Below, piece by piece: positions 24,601 through 33,662 of a DNA stretch of 64,000 bases; positions within the stretch are counted from its first letter, which is position 1; every line of letters begins with the position of its first letter. The DNA lies in the NCBI GenBank assembly GCA_964019335.1, contig OZ025686.1:248001-312000 (forward strand). The letters run 5' to 3'. A program made the translations under genes and the position numbers. Below the pieces are notes generated by a model that was not told where the DNA came from, ran no database searches, and saw nothing but the letters and a program-made list of their open reading frames with translations. The DNA comes from Diplonema japonicum. Taxonomy: Eukaryota; Protista; Euglenozoa: Diplonemea.

Positions 24601-27600
24601 GCGTCGCACAAGTAATCGACGACGTTTTGGTGCTCCAAAGGTAGGGTTTTGATCCAATTGCCTGTAATGCTCAGCCACTCAACGTCGGACTGCCGCAGCA
24701 CAGTGATCCCCAAGCGAACTACTACACCCGGCGTGACGTTTATAAGATCGGTAGTTTCGATGAGAACTTTAGTTTCCTGTAGGAGGCCGAAGCTGGGCAG
24801 AGCTGTTTCTTGCACAAGCGGAGCAAAGTCATCAAGCCACGTGCCTGGGAGGGTGTCAAGCACTATGATACCTGCACCTGCGTTGACGTGCCCGTGCATG
24901 GCCTTTGTGAGCTCCTGGTGCGTCATGGCCTTTGGGTACACAACGCCTGTCTCCAGTTGCAAAGATGCTGTGACGACCTCCCAGCAGACAGTCTTTCCGC
25001 ATCCTGGCGGGCCGATGATGCAGTTTGCACGGCGTAGTCCCAAGGACGCGGATAGCCCGACACATGCGTTGGCGAACGCGCCGCCCTCGCCTGAGCTGTA
25101 CCCCCGTTCTTGGAGGATTGCCGTCATCATGTCTATCGATCCGCACCCCTCCACAACCTTTTGGGGGAACAACGAATCCAACAGTTGCAATGCGATGGGT
25201 GCATCGGTCATCATCGCCGAGATCTGCACCGCGTGCACTGCGTTGACGACGGCATCTGTCTCGGAGGTAGTGTGGCGCCGTGCATCGATCGATACAAGCA
25301 AAGCCCTCAGCGTGGGGAGCCCCCACTGGTAGCCCGGTAACAGCGCGGAGCCGTACTTAAAAAACGTAGACAGCTTCCTGCCCAACGTCAATGCGTTGCG
25401 CATCCCGAAGCTTTGCAGCATGGTGACCGCAACCGCCTCGATGGACATCGGCATCAATGATATAAGACGCGAGTTCTTACGCAGCGCTTCAGGGAGCGGC
25501 GCGGCATGGGTGGTGGGCGTGATAGTGGCGGCCACTTCGCATAAAATCCTGCCCTCGCGTTTTATCTTCAGAGTTTCGGTTATTTTCTGCCCGGCAACGA
25601 GAATGGCCGATGCGGACAGCTTGTGACACCTAGAGAGCAGCACCCACGAGTCGGTCTTCATGGCAGCCTTGAAAACCCTCACAAGATGGCGGAGAGAGAT
25701 GTTGGGGGTGGACATAACCACGACAAGATGTTGGCCGAGCGAGGACGCGAGCTCGTGGACTACCGTCGACTTCCCACAAGCCGTGTTTCCTGCAACAACA
25801 GCACACTGCTGCATCTGAAAGGCCATCAGCATCATAATTCTAGCACGGGAGGTCTCCAAAGTGGGGACCGGCAGCATCCCCGACGAATTCGTGACGAACT
25901 CATTACCCATGGGTATGGTACAGTTGAAGGCACAGTGAGCGATGGGACGCCTCCCTGCCTCGTCCCATCTAAGGCGCAGTTGGCTGGACCATACCAGATC
26001 CGACGATGAGGTCGCTTTTTGGAACAGAATGTCATTGAGCACGTTGCGGTGATGGATGTCAAGAACGATAAGGGAAGACACCCTCTTCTTGTCCTTGCTG
26101 GTAAGCACCGGTTCGTCATTCTGCGTTTTACTGAATGCTGCCGCCAGGCTATGCAGCCCACCACTGCCACGCAGCCGTGAGGCTAGCAGTGTAACTTGAG
26201 TCTCGGTGATCTTCAGCAACTCATTCAACGACTCCTTGTTCCCATCTTCTAGTTGGTCGAATGCCGACTCCACCTCTGCTGTGAATGACAAACGGGCTGC
26301 TGTGAACAACATCTGCGTGGTCATTGTTGCCCCCCATTCTGTATGCGGTATTTCATGCACCGCCTTCCACGACTCTTCCGTCATTTCACATACAGTCTTC
26401 TGTACCTTAAGTAGCAGCCCGTTGTAGTACTCAGCGCTACTCCCCTTGCACACGTATGGTACTGCAAAGCGAAGCTCATCGACACCATCTAAGGAAGTGA
26501 CGGCAGTGACCTTTGACCACAAGCTGACTGGGATCTGCGCCACAGGGGAGAACACGACTTTCCCGCACCCAGGGGCTACCGTCCAAAGGAGCTCCAGGGA
26601 CTTCACGGGGTCGTTGGTGGCCACAAGGATCTCAAGCAGCGTGCTGCGCGGCAGCATCTCAAACCTTGGGAACACAGTGCAATGCATCGCAATCTTCACA
26701 GCCATCTTCTCCTCCACAAGTGCAAGGGAGGACATAAAGCGTCCTTCTGACAGCTCTGTGACGCTTGCCACGCAGTCGAGGAGCACGCTAGGCTTTCCTC
26801 CTTCTGTGTTATTGTGCAGCGCGGCCATGACTTCAGAGTACATCATGTGCAGCTGCTTGTATGCAGGAAGATAGCTGTCAGACCTCAGTACCATCATGAC
26901 CGTCATCCATTTGTTCTGAATGGCTACCCAGTCAACAAGCAGCTTCTGGAGGGAGTGCGTGTTACCGAGCCACGTTGTGATGCACTCTATGTGCTTCGTT
27001 GTGTGTGGTTGGTATTGCAACTTCTGAAGCTCGATCTGGTCAGACTCTGCGAACGCTAGGTATTCCTGCGCCCGTTGCTCGTTAAGCAGCCACGTTTTCA
27101 CGATCCCTCCCCATCTCGCAGGCATCTTAATGGTCTTCCACCTGTTTGCAATCGCCTCCAGCTTCAGCTCTATGACCCTTTGCTTCGCGGCGATGTTGAG
27201 TACTTCCTTCAGCTCTTGCTCGGGTATGCCCGCGTCTATCACATGCCCCACAGTGAGGGTTGTGTCCGGCTGCCACCTGGGGATGAGCGTCGTCCAGTGG
27301 CATGCGTGCAGATGGTTCTTGCTCAACCCCTGAATGACAGGGAGTACCCGTTTCCACCCCGCAAGCAGCTCTGACACGTCAACGAAAAGCCAATTAGATT
27401 TCGCAGACCCGAGCATGAGCAGATCCTCTTCGAGGCCAGTAAGAGCAAGCTGCAGACCCGATGGGATGAAAACATTAAAAGGACACGCATGCCATTCGTC
27501 GAGCACGGACACTATGTGGAAAGCAGTGTCCCAAAGGGCTTTCGTGGTCCTGAGGGATTCGGCGTACGAAGCCAGCTGTGGGGAAGGGTTCTGCGTGAGT

Positions 27601-30600
27601 TCAAGCATAGAACCGAGTTTCAAGATCTCCTTCTCTTCCTTCAGAAGGTTGAAGACGTCTTCCTGTAGTTCCGTGAGGATGGCGTAAGGGTCACGCTTGG
27701 CACCTGCACGCAGATGTATGATGCTTGTGGGGAGGGAGCTCTCGACAAGTGTCACGAATTCCGCTACAGTATCGTTGAAGGCCTCCCAGTCTTCGATCCA
27801 CGATGCCACCTCTCCATCTTGAGCCGCTGCGACATCGCTCTTCACGACAGCGACCCTGCGCATTAACACCTTCCATGCGACAGGCACGTTGGCCACTCTC
27901 TCTTCTAAGTTGTCGATGATATGGTTCGGCAGTGCTTGCTGCTTGCGAAGCAGCTTCAACGACGGCTCCAACATAGCTAGCAAATCGGACAAGACTTCGT
28001 CCCTCTCCCTCACCTCGCGCATTGTCTCCAGTACCACCAGCAGCGACCCCGCGTCTGTCGTCACATCGCTTCTGTATGAATCGGGTGCCAGCTTTACATG
28101 TGTCTCTTCGATGAGCTTCTCAATGTCTGCCACAGACACTTCGAGTACTTTGTGGATGTACTCCACTGCCGCGCGGTACTCCAACCCAGCGTTCGTTGCC
28201 AGCATGGCTCTCAGTGGCTTCGTTTCAAGTACCAGCCAACCTTTTAGATGGAACGTGTTTGGCAGTCTCCTTAACGTGACACCAGCAGCTTCGCACTCCG
28301 TCACCACCTTCTCAAGATCTTTGAAGATATCTCCAAAGGTCATGATGACCGTTGGATCTACGTCTGGGTACTCCACGCATGAAGGCGTGCCCCATCGGTT
28401 CACGATGGGCTCGAACAGCAACTCGCATTCGGTTGCCTCCAGCAGAGCTTCGTCCACGATGGACCATATCTCGGCTATGCAGGAGGAGACGGCGCTGTTG
28501 CTTTTTGGGGATTTCATCAAACCGTCACACCGCAGGACCACATCGGAGTAGGCAAGGATGTCTGCAATGATACGGCTGATGGCACTGCGGAGGGTGTCGC
28601 AGCAAGGTGTGTACACAATGCTACCGGACTTGGAAAGCCGCAGAGAGAAGGAGATGAAAGGGATTCCACCGTTCTCCTTCAGCCACTCACCGTCGAGCTG
28701 GTTGCCAAACCTGCGGAGGGCCTGCCAGATGGCGTCATCAACCATATCCGAAATGCAATCCGAGACGTACGTCGTGTACAAGAGCCACACATCAGACATG
28801 GCGTCCAGTGGTGCGTCGTCGCGAAGGGCGTTCATCTCCGAGATGGACACTGTGCTGTTCATGGGGATTGAACGCAGGAACGCGTGTCGTTCCTTTGTGT
28901 GTGACGTGTACATGGTGGTCCATTCCTCACCGAGCCGCACGGTCTGCGCACCCAAACGGGAACAGAAAGGGAACAGCGGGTCGCTGCCGTTAAATGTCGA
29001 GAGTAGCTTTGCCGCACGCTCAACAGGCTTCTCCAGCAAGCGCAGGGCCTTCAAGTACTTCGCTACAGCTTTCTCACATTCCAATATGTAGGTGTCGACT
29101 TCGTTCCCGCTGCCCCACGAGAACCTGTTTTCAAGACCCGCCTGGAGGCAGGCATCCGCAGCACGCTTCTCGGTTTTCAGCAATGCGGAGCATCGCGTGT
29201 CAGTTTGTTCCTGCACTTTGAAGTACTTCTGCGTCAGTGCCTCTAATTTGCCTCGCCGCCGCCTTACTGTGTCCCAGCTTTGCAGCAACTCCTCTACAGC
29301 AGTAGGCAGGACCACGTTGTGGCGGGTTCTTTTCAGTGAGATGGCATCAAGTATAACCTGCACGATGTTAGGGTCAAAGGCCACCTGGTAGGCTCCGGTG
29401 AAACGATTCACTTTCAGGAGGCATGTTTGCAGCTGGTTGATGGCTGCCTCGGCCCTTGATGACCACTCCTCGACCTCCTTTGTCATGAATTGTTTAATGT
29501 CTTCCTCAAGTTGTTTGGCCACTTGGAAAACATGGTCCTCCTGCGACAGTACCAGCTCCACGTTGGGTAGACTGTTTCTTTCCAACAGCCCCGCTCCCAA
29601 CAGCAGCACAGCTGCACACCGTGGCAGCATCGTCAGTCCGTTCTCAGGTATCTTGGTACACCCTTGCAGAGCTTTCCGAGTTTCCTGGAGCTCTTTTTGC
29701 CACAGCTTCGACACGAAGGTGCACGCACGCACCCACGCGGGTCTGAAGTACACCCTGTCCCTAAACGGGTAGAAGAACATAACTATCTTGACGGAGCCTT
29801 GCAGGCTAGTCCGTTGGTCGGAAAGAATGTCCTTCAGGAGGGAGGCGAGACCCTGTTCGATATCTCTCACGATGCTTTTGAATCGTGCGAAGGATTTATC
29901 GAACTCCGTTTCGAAGGACGTGAGCAGGCCTGCGATATCCATCTGGGTGGCTGACAGCTCGAATTTCAGTGTCTTGAGCCGTGTCGTGACCCGCTCGCTG
30001 CAAGACGCGCTTGGGATGAACTCAGGGAGGCTGCCCGTGAAGAGCAGTCGTGAAGACATCATGTCGATGATGTCGCGGATGCGCTCGACGAGCTTGTCCA
30101 GGTGGGAAAAGGGCGAGGCGCTCAGGGTGAGTTTCCAAGTGGCCACATGCGGCCTCGCCATGAGATAGATATGCTTGAACAGGCACAGCGTCTCTGCCGC
30201 CTCGTAGAGCACAGCGAGCAACTTCTTCCCGGGCGGCTGGGAAGCATTGCTCCGAAGCTTTGCTGTGACGCTCCCTGCAAGTGCTGTGGACATCCTTGAC
30301 AGGACAATCACAGTCCTGGTGGGCGTAGCGTACGAAGGGCACTGTTCGGTGAAATGCCGTGCGGTGGACAGCACACTTTTGAAGACGATGTCGCACTCGT
30401 CGAGAGGGGGCAGGGCAGCTGGGTCGCTCAGCTGGTGGTAACATTCCACGATAGGGGTCATGTGCGCTGCCCACGACACCAGCTCCTCGGCTTTGGACTT
30501 CATCTCGTTGGGCAGCGAGAGAAGCTCGGCAGCTAAAGGCGAGCGCCCAGAAACGAGCGCTGCAACAACGTCCTGCACGCTGTCTGTCTGGTACTGCGAG

Positions 30601-31157
30601 AGAACAGACGCAATGAGGTTGGCGTCATCAAGGTACTGTTCACGTTCCTGCGGGATGGGCAGGTTGGGGACCTCTGTTTCTGCAACAAAGCCTTTCATCG
30701 TCTTGATCCACGCCAGGGCCGTCGCCTCGTAATTCGCCATGTCATCCTCGACAGGAAGCTGCAGCGTGATGGGACAGTCCCCCGAAGTGTGCAGAGAGGC
30801 TTCCGCGATACCAAGGTCCTCAAGTGCCTTCTCGGTGCTCCTCAGCCCTGCTCCGATGCAGTTCGTGACGCAGTCTATCCCCAGCCGCAGCCATGTGGCA
30901 GTTCCACAGATGTCCCCGAACGTGACTTGCTGTTGGTCATCATCGTTTAAACCCTTTAAAAGATACACGCCCTCAAGACCTTCCTTGGGCAGCAAGGAGG
31001 GCACGCCCTTTCCAGCTTCGGTGTAAACGTACAAAACACGATTTCCCTGGTTTTTAAGCCACGCGGTGATGATGTTTTCAGGGTCGCGCACAGGCACGTC
31101 GGTTATGCGTGCCAAGGTACTGTGGACCCATGCGGTGCGTGAGGTATCATCGGCCAT
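18642..31157 (-). CDS. Divergent axonemal dynein heavy chain (outer-arm beta-like), intronless, 4,171 aa
   Basis: Tail, linker (FPRF, WSSQLR), four P-loop positions (GNTACGKS, GPPGCGKT, GPQGSGKT, GSKHGMGK), a stalk with microtubule-binding domain GRIPKDKSW, AAA5/6 (WENNGLP, PLLVDPHNQG) and C-terminal CPLYRT. First ATG at 31157. Confidence 0.93.
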   Translation of the reverse strand: MADDTSRTAWVHSTLARITDVPVRDPENIITAWLKNQGNRVLYVYTEAGKGVPSLLPKEGLEGVYLLKGLNDDDQQQVTFGDICGTATWLRLGIDCVTNCIGAGLRSTEKALEDLGIAEASLHTSGDCPITLQLPVEDDMANYEATALAWIKTMKGFVAETEVPNLPIPQEREQYLDDANLIASVLSQYQTDSVQDVVAALVSGRSPLAAELLSLPNEMKSKAEELVSWAAHMTPIVECYHQLSDPAALPPLDECDIVFKSVLSTARHFTEQCPSYATPTRTVIVLSRMSTALAGSVTAKLRSNASQPPGKKLLAVLYEAAETLCLFKHIYLMARPHVATWKLTLSASPFSHLDKLVERIRDIIDMMSSRLLFTGSLPEFIPSASCSERVTTRLKTLKFELSATQMDIAGLLTSFETEFDKSFARFKSIVRDIEQGLASLLKDILSDQRTSLQGSVKIVMFFYPFRDRVYFRPAWVRACTFVSKLWQKELQETRKALQGCTKIPENGLTMLPRCAAVLLLGAGLLERNSLPNVELVLSQEDHVFQVAKQLEEDIKQFMTKEVEEWSSRAEAAINQLQTCLLKVNRFTGAYQVAFDPNIVQVILDAISLKRTRHNVVLPTAVEELLQSWDTVRRRRGKLEALTQKYFKVQEQTDTRCSALLKTEKRAADACLQAGLENRFSWGSGNEVDTYILECEKAVAKYLKALRLLEKPVERAAKLLSTFNGSDPLFPFCSRLGAQTVRLGEEWTTMYTSHTKERHAFLRSIPMNSTVSISEMNALRDDAPLDAMSDVWLLYTTYVSDCISDMVDDAIWQALRRFGNQLDGEWLKENGGIPFISFSLRLSKSGSIVYTPCCDTLRSAISRIIADILAYSDVVLRCDGLMKSPKSNSAVSSCIAEIWSIVDEALLEATECELLFEPIVNRWGTPSCVEYPDVDPTVIMTFGDIFKDLEKVVTECEAAGVTLRRLPNTFHLKGWLVLETKPLRAMLATNAGLEYRAAVEYIHKVLEVSVADIEKLIEETHVKLAPDSYRSDVTTDAGSLLVVLETMREVRERDEVLSDLLAMLEPSLKLLRKQQALPNHIIDNLEERVANVPVAWKVLMRRVAVVKSDVAAAQDGEVASWIEDWEAFNDTVAEFVTLVESSLPTSIIHLRAGAKRDPYAILTELQEDVFNLLKEEKEILKLGSMLELTQNPSPQLASYAESLRTTKALWDTAFHIVSVLDEWHACPFNVFIPSGLQLALTGLEEDLLMLGSAKSNWLFVDVSELLAGWKRVLPVIQGLSKNHLHACHWTTLIPRWQPDTTLTVGHVIDAGIPEQELKEVLNIAAKQRVIELKLEAIANRWKTIKMPARWGGIVKTWLLNEQRAQEYLAFAESDQIELQKLQYQPHTTKHIECITTWLGNTHSLQKLLVDWVAIQNKWMTVMMVLRSDSYLPAYKQLHMMYSEVMAALHNNTEGGKPSVLLDCVASVTELSEGRFMSSLALVEEKMAVKIAMHCTVFPRFEMLPRSTLLEILVATNDPVKSLELLWTVAPGCGKVVFSPVAQIPVSLWSKVTAVTSLDGVDELRFAVPYVCKGSSAEYYNGLLLKVQKTVCEMTEESWKAVHEIPHTEWGATMTTQMLFTAARLSFTAEVESAFDQLEDGNKESLNELLKITETQVTLLASRLRGSGGLHSLAAAFSKTQNDEPVLTSKDKKRVSSLIVLDIHHRNVLNDILFQKATSSSDLVWSSQLRLRWDEAGRRPIAHCAFNCTIPMGNEFVTNSSGMLPVPTLETSRARIMMLMAFQMQQCAVVAGNTACGKSTVVHELASSLGQHLVVVMSTPNISLRHLVRVFKAAMKTDSWVLLSRCHKLSASAILVAGQKITETLKIKREGRILCEVAATITPTTHAAPLPEALRKNSRLISLMPMSIEAVAVTMLQSFGMRNALTLGRKLSTFFKYGSALLPGYQWGLPTLRALLVSIDARRHTTSETDAVVNAVHAVQISAMMTDAPIALQLLDSLFPQKVVEGCGSIDMMTAILQERGYSSGEGGAFANACVGLSASLGLRRANCIIGPPGCGKTVCWEVVTASLQLETGVVYPKAMTHQELTKAMHGHVNAGAGIIVLDTLPGTWLDDFAPLVQETALPSFGLLQETKVLIETTDLINVTPGVVVRLGITVLRQSDVEWLSITGNWIKTLPLEHQNVVDYLCDAHLPAILMWLRKHCKNASELNVLGTVQVTIEALLNKIKHNDSPKAVEQAFAYACLWSLGAILSEQDAMNLMAWWKKDFPLSSLTDSTWFPLEAVPKHCPVPGMEDAMLTQQQCSAICYANLLQSRNRSVVFTGPQGSGKTVVLRHLAACRSGTVLLGNPLMNPAKWTSAHSFTSPLIIFIDDMHTLAPIAKETLRKSLNNDFGMSFSCTSQKVQSCPRLARKMTTIALHGGKPLWLLLAKRISWHFNEETYSPEVAITAEMLEGVSLKLAELLVPEEYFTNMSQSNALSMLGDRMTSTKHVISNGMTLLEFWRHEAIHVLTDSLMCTADITRMKSIIDGALISVFDILPENKCEWGPFIGNTWSPGAPKYRIESVSAVTAIIQKKDEKNGPLLVDDVVVSIMRIANILDAPHAVTLLTGSKHGMGKHTMATIAARLCNLRIMRFSPDVSPDRYSGACVIMKETNVCSWEFIHNLLAVPDVRIVITSTVSTSKIPSVAKSFPSLFGSAWQCHLQPVGAATKSEMAFNILIAKQHILGTAKEVRQLAEFASTVHQDMKDIREAFSTTQSFLDILLLIIKFAEDTKTKNSQRKRAVHEGIAKLQATAGQAVVLEARLQEENSAVKAQTRHTEKLVENLEKITRQHHECNVLQNMQQRAVDRVSSECNNLSREVAQDLAALKPTVDSAYMALKALDKSLINDLKTMIKPSIEVVNVCSAVLVLTSEGRIPKDKSWNTCKKMMSSPVPWVQSLMNMDCNNIPQAQAEYVQKLVRDNKSHFAPNHVSTKNLAAGHLCTWLLNMLSYHETRGMIRPKEEKMKELKMASDSSRAVVLKTMEKSKQLIEALDESSNEVRASTELCEKMNKGVGITESKLSRASALMQSLGSDGEWATSATKQSEGGIGDVALAAALISHGGALNDTERRNLLRLRWPTQLEGRNLTYSSKFPLVSAAEIALWENNGLPAHVCAHESASVVASSIRVPLLVDPHNQGTKWLIKQYAPVVISNWCEPSQLTKCIVSCIKDDKQLLIKHLSPTLHPVLVEVLENIISRTVVIDGTRYVLGKNFKLYCSTQLLGDSLPDKVVSLFSIANFEVAKEGLEEMLLGAVVDIASPELEKKRVALVREANQRTIDMQEADGILLLTLSTAEGELLDNPELVSALKTMKLNTSRMESALKQSQEAQKDLAATRDRYRPATKRGALLFLQVQMLEKLNPMYAFSLTSFIKVFKSALSDAVKRQEEECDAFEAYSKGMADDMIAMLANELSAVAVEEVFQHLAAALRQHDCLTLATSLCLAVLREEQPRVVQPDLCDVLFNGPGCCKKTVHNPLPWLPEDKWTTCLVLEDRLQSFKGLTMDLATHARWYQWYHHMTPEEDSIPGEWQALDQFSKLLIVKCLRPDRLPRAMELFIEANIGKAYVTPAPPDVPKIVQDGGAQSLLVWTSGGHDIYNAVYSAHSKISTGNLLNIDLHEDEAMDILEKSAKRGGWCVTEGVHLFKHHRSRLASILSSTLHTRFMLVMSADGNRAGDIPVSIRRHSRKVTTDTSCTIKTILQHSWQHTSAIPTTVQRHSEFKLLLFLATYLHSICLQRNTYGSNGFVNSPYSFGNGDLKAVQGLIEMWLSTGDELKWSDIQHSIVDLVYGAHVSCTEDAKILTLLGRDILKKDNMQRTDFNGVLITGSSSTQDVAHCIDSVEWGFADDIGLAGLSLAAGMLQQQDKAVSLCSALVRLSTTEGCGGNGVLPLEQSVLLSQVPPDIDLSTIPDKVRSTDMSPLTFQAWHYEAKMVTQLTSILRSDLTASSVDMLDTMTVPERWSWMGFPSNLPLGSWFALYLKREAYIREWAENPMNPAVVMLHLLLRPKSFLTYITLEAVKGDTSNMLTLENAVFTAEVAKKPTERFDTPARSGLHVWGIRLLLCRWNATSLAIEQPLLTDPQPLFPVVTLRVATSHSSKVWVCPLYRTSNRLHPVITLPLPAKANPDTLSLASAAAVLEPLP

Positions 31158-31228
31158 CCCTGTGTGGGTGTACAAAAAAAAGTAGGAAAAACTGCTTTTA
31201 AAAAAAAAAAAAAATAATCAACATTCGT

Positions 31229-33214
31229 TCAGTTAAAGTACCCTCCGACCCCTTCGGCTGACTGTCTCGCACCGCCCCCGTTCAGTCTTTTTCGTATTGC
31301 AAGGAGCTCATCCTTGTCGGGCGGGCATATAAGCGGTGCGTCTCCACCGATGTCCTCTTTGTTGTTCAATGCTGCAGCTATGATAAAATTCATGAAGGCG
31401 GGCACAAACGTGTCGTCGATACGGAGAAAAACGTTGAGAGTCCCACGCTGTGGGGAGAGAACATGTCCTGTGAAGCAGCATGTCAAGGAATCATACAGCA
31501 GGAAGGTGTAAGTGTTGGGACCCCCGCCTCGAGGAATATTGACAACGACAACACCCTTAACAGAAGAGAGCGTGGGGTACACGGTGAAAACCAAAGGAGC
31601 CCCCATGATGTGCTTCCCTTGCGAGGGTGTGGCGAGAACGGCGGTGAACGGGGAGACCTTCTGCGATGGGAACAACGGGTCGTCGCCGATCTTTACGCTG
31701 GAAGCGATTTGATACGACATCGCGCGCTTCATCTTACACTTCCGCTGACCAACCCATAACTCAAAAGTAAACAACCCCGTGTCGGGGAGTACAATGGAAA
31801 ACGTAGCCATCGAAGTTGCCGTGCTACGCTGCAACCAATGAGAACCCTCTTGAACCTCTTCAGGTGGTTCAGATGATTGATACACATCAACAAGGCCACC
31901 ATGATACAGCTTACCGGTTAGTTCAATGTCTGCGTCTGGAACCTGAAATACAATTTTCAAGGGAGGCGACTTGCAGTGTATGTGCGAGTACTTGACGTGG
32001 GAGGACAGCTGCAAGCAGTTCTCGTGAAACGGGGCCAACAATGAGGGCGACACCTCCCACGCTGATGCATGGCCCGGTGTGGCAGCAAGCTGCATTTTCG
32101 GGTCGTCCGGACAGTGCTGGCTGTAAAATACCGCAGGCGGGCACAACCAGTACAGTTCCGTATCCCCCTTTATCGAGCCATGAACGTCGATTAAATATTT
32201 CTGGCCGTGCCACTCAGCGAGGTTCCAGCACGCGGTTTGCATGTCCACAGGGTGTCCCACGGTGTTGACTAACCCAGGTCGGCGTCCTTTAACGGTTTTG
32301 ACAGATAGTTTGAGGTCTGCCGGGGTGAGGTCTATCATTTTGCATAAAAGCAGTGCGAGCCCTTCGGAGTTGGTTGATTTTGCGGAGTAGATCTCTTCGG
32401 GTGTGCTGATATCAGCGGAATCGGTTGCGGTGAAGTTTTTTTTTAAGAAAATGTAGTACGCCCTGAGGGTGTAGTGCGCCTGTTGCGAGGGGTTGCAACG
32501 CCAGCTGATTTTTTGGTAAGGTTTCGAGATTAAATCTACAGCTTCAAGCAACGTGGGAGGGCAGTCAAGAGGGACTTGGGCGTCGATGGTCGAGTAGTCG
32601 AAAGGTACAAAAAACGAATTTCGCGATTTTGCAAAATACAGCAAAGAAGAGGCGTAACAGAGTCCTGCAGCAGGATGCGGAAGGATCATGTCCTGTAGAA
32701 GAGTCAGCTTTGTGTGCGCTGCTATTTTCATCCAATTTTTCCTTGCATTATTCTGCGATTGCGTTGTTTTGACGGTTTTCTTTTGTTTCTTCGTTTTCTT
32801 CAGAATGGGAGCGTTCGGCTTTATTTCAAAGCCCCCCATTTCGAAGTTGTAGTCGCTGCACAGCCCCTCCAGATTTTCTAGTGCCGCGCTTTCTGGGAAG
32901 AATTTTTTTTGCGCCTCTCTTTTTTCGTTCGAATCCTCCTCATTCTCCACTCTGTCTGCCACCCACGGTGGCGTCTCTTCCCCTCTTAATTTCATGTGAT
33001 AGTAAAACTCACAGATTTTCTTGAATTCGCTTTCTTTTTCGATCGTTTCTTGGATTGGAACTAGCTTCCAAGGATTCCAACCGGGTCCTGCCTCTGGGTA
33101 GGGCACCCATGACTCGTGCTCTTTTGGGATGTTATTCCTGGTCTGATGTTTCACCCAAGCTGCCTCCATTTCTGGGTTCGTACTCGGGTCACGTGGAGTA
33201 TTACCATCTTCCAT
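31229..33214 (-). CDS. Kyphoscoliosis-peptidase/Hillarin-like transglutaminase-fold protein, probably inactive
   Basis: WNLAEWHGQKYLIDV and YWLCPPAVFYSQHCPDDPKMQL match the KY/Cyk3-type motifs HAWNxV...LxDxTW and YFLxxPxxFxxxHxPxDxxWQL. Confidence 0.7.
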   Translation of the reverse strand: MEDGNTPRDPSTNPEMEAAWVKHQTRNNIPKEHESWVPYPEAGPGWNPWKLVPIQETIEKESEFKKICEFYYHMKLRGEETPPWVADRVENEEDSNEKREAQKKFFPESAALENLEGLCSDYNFEMGGFEIKPNAPILKKTKKQKKTVKTTQSQNNARKNWMKIAAHTKLTLLQDMILPHPAAGLCYASSLLYFAKSRNSFFVPFDYSTIDAQVPLDCPPTLLEAVDLISKPYQKISWRCNPSQQAHYTLRAYYIFLKKNFTATDSADISTPEEIYSAKSTNSEGLALLLCKMIDLTPADLKLSVKTVKGRRPGLVNTVGHPVDMQTACWNLAEWHGQKYLIDVHGSIKGDTELYWLCPPAVFYSQHCPDDPKMQLAATPGHASAWEVSPSLLAPFHENCLQLSSHVKYSHIHCKSPPLKIVFQVPDADIELTGKLYHGGLVDVYQSSEPPEEVQEGSHWLQRSTATSMATFSIVLPDTGLFTFELWVGQRKCKMKRAMSYQIASSVKIGDDPLFPSQKVSPFTAVLATPSQGKHIMGAPLVFTVYPTLSSVKGVVVVNIPRGGGPNTYTFLLYDSLTCCFTGHVLSPQRGTLNVFLRIDDTFVPAFMNFIIAAALNNKEDIGGDAPLICPPDKDELLAIRKRLNGGGARQSAEGVGGYFN

Positions 33215-33662
33215 AAATATCTTTTTTTTTTTTTCCCCTGATTTTTTTTTTATTCAGAACTGTGTACAGCAACTAATAAAAAGGAAAGCCACCCAATTTT
33301 TTTGTATTTTCGAAAAAAATACTGAGGGTGAGGGTATTCTTAGTGTGTGTTTTTTTTTTTTTTTTAATATTAGATAAGGGAGGGGGGTGGTGGTGGTTTC
33401 AAATTTTTTAATTGGAAGAATTGTTTTGTCCTTCTCCCCCCCCCCCTTAATGGAGTTGGCTACTGGGATGAAGAAAAAAGATTTTACCTTCACCCCCCCC
33501 CCTTCCCCCCATTAACTTTTTATAAAAAATTAAATAGGAGAGGGGAGAGTGACAAAGCCGACACTAATTTCTTTTTTTCTTTTCTAATATATAGTTTGTT
33601 TAACAAAAAAAAAAAGAAAAGAAAACACTATCGTCATGATTTTTAAAAAAAAAAAAAAAAAA

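Noticed and set aside
18790-31026. Many plus-strand ORFs (up to 478 aa) within the dynein
   Set aside because: Antisense to a clearly conserved gene, with the Ser-rich composition typical of reverse frames.
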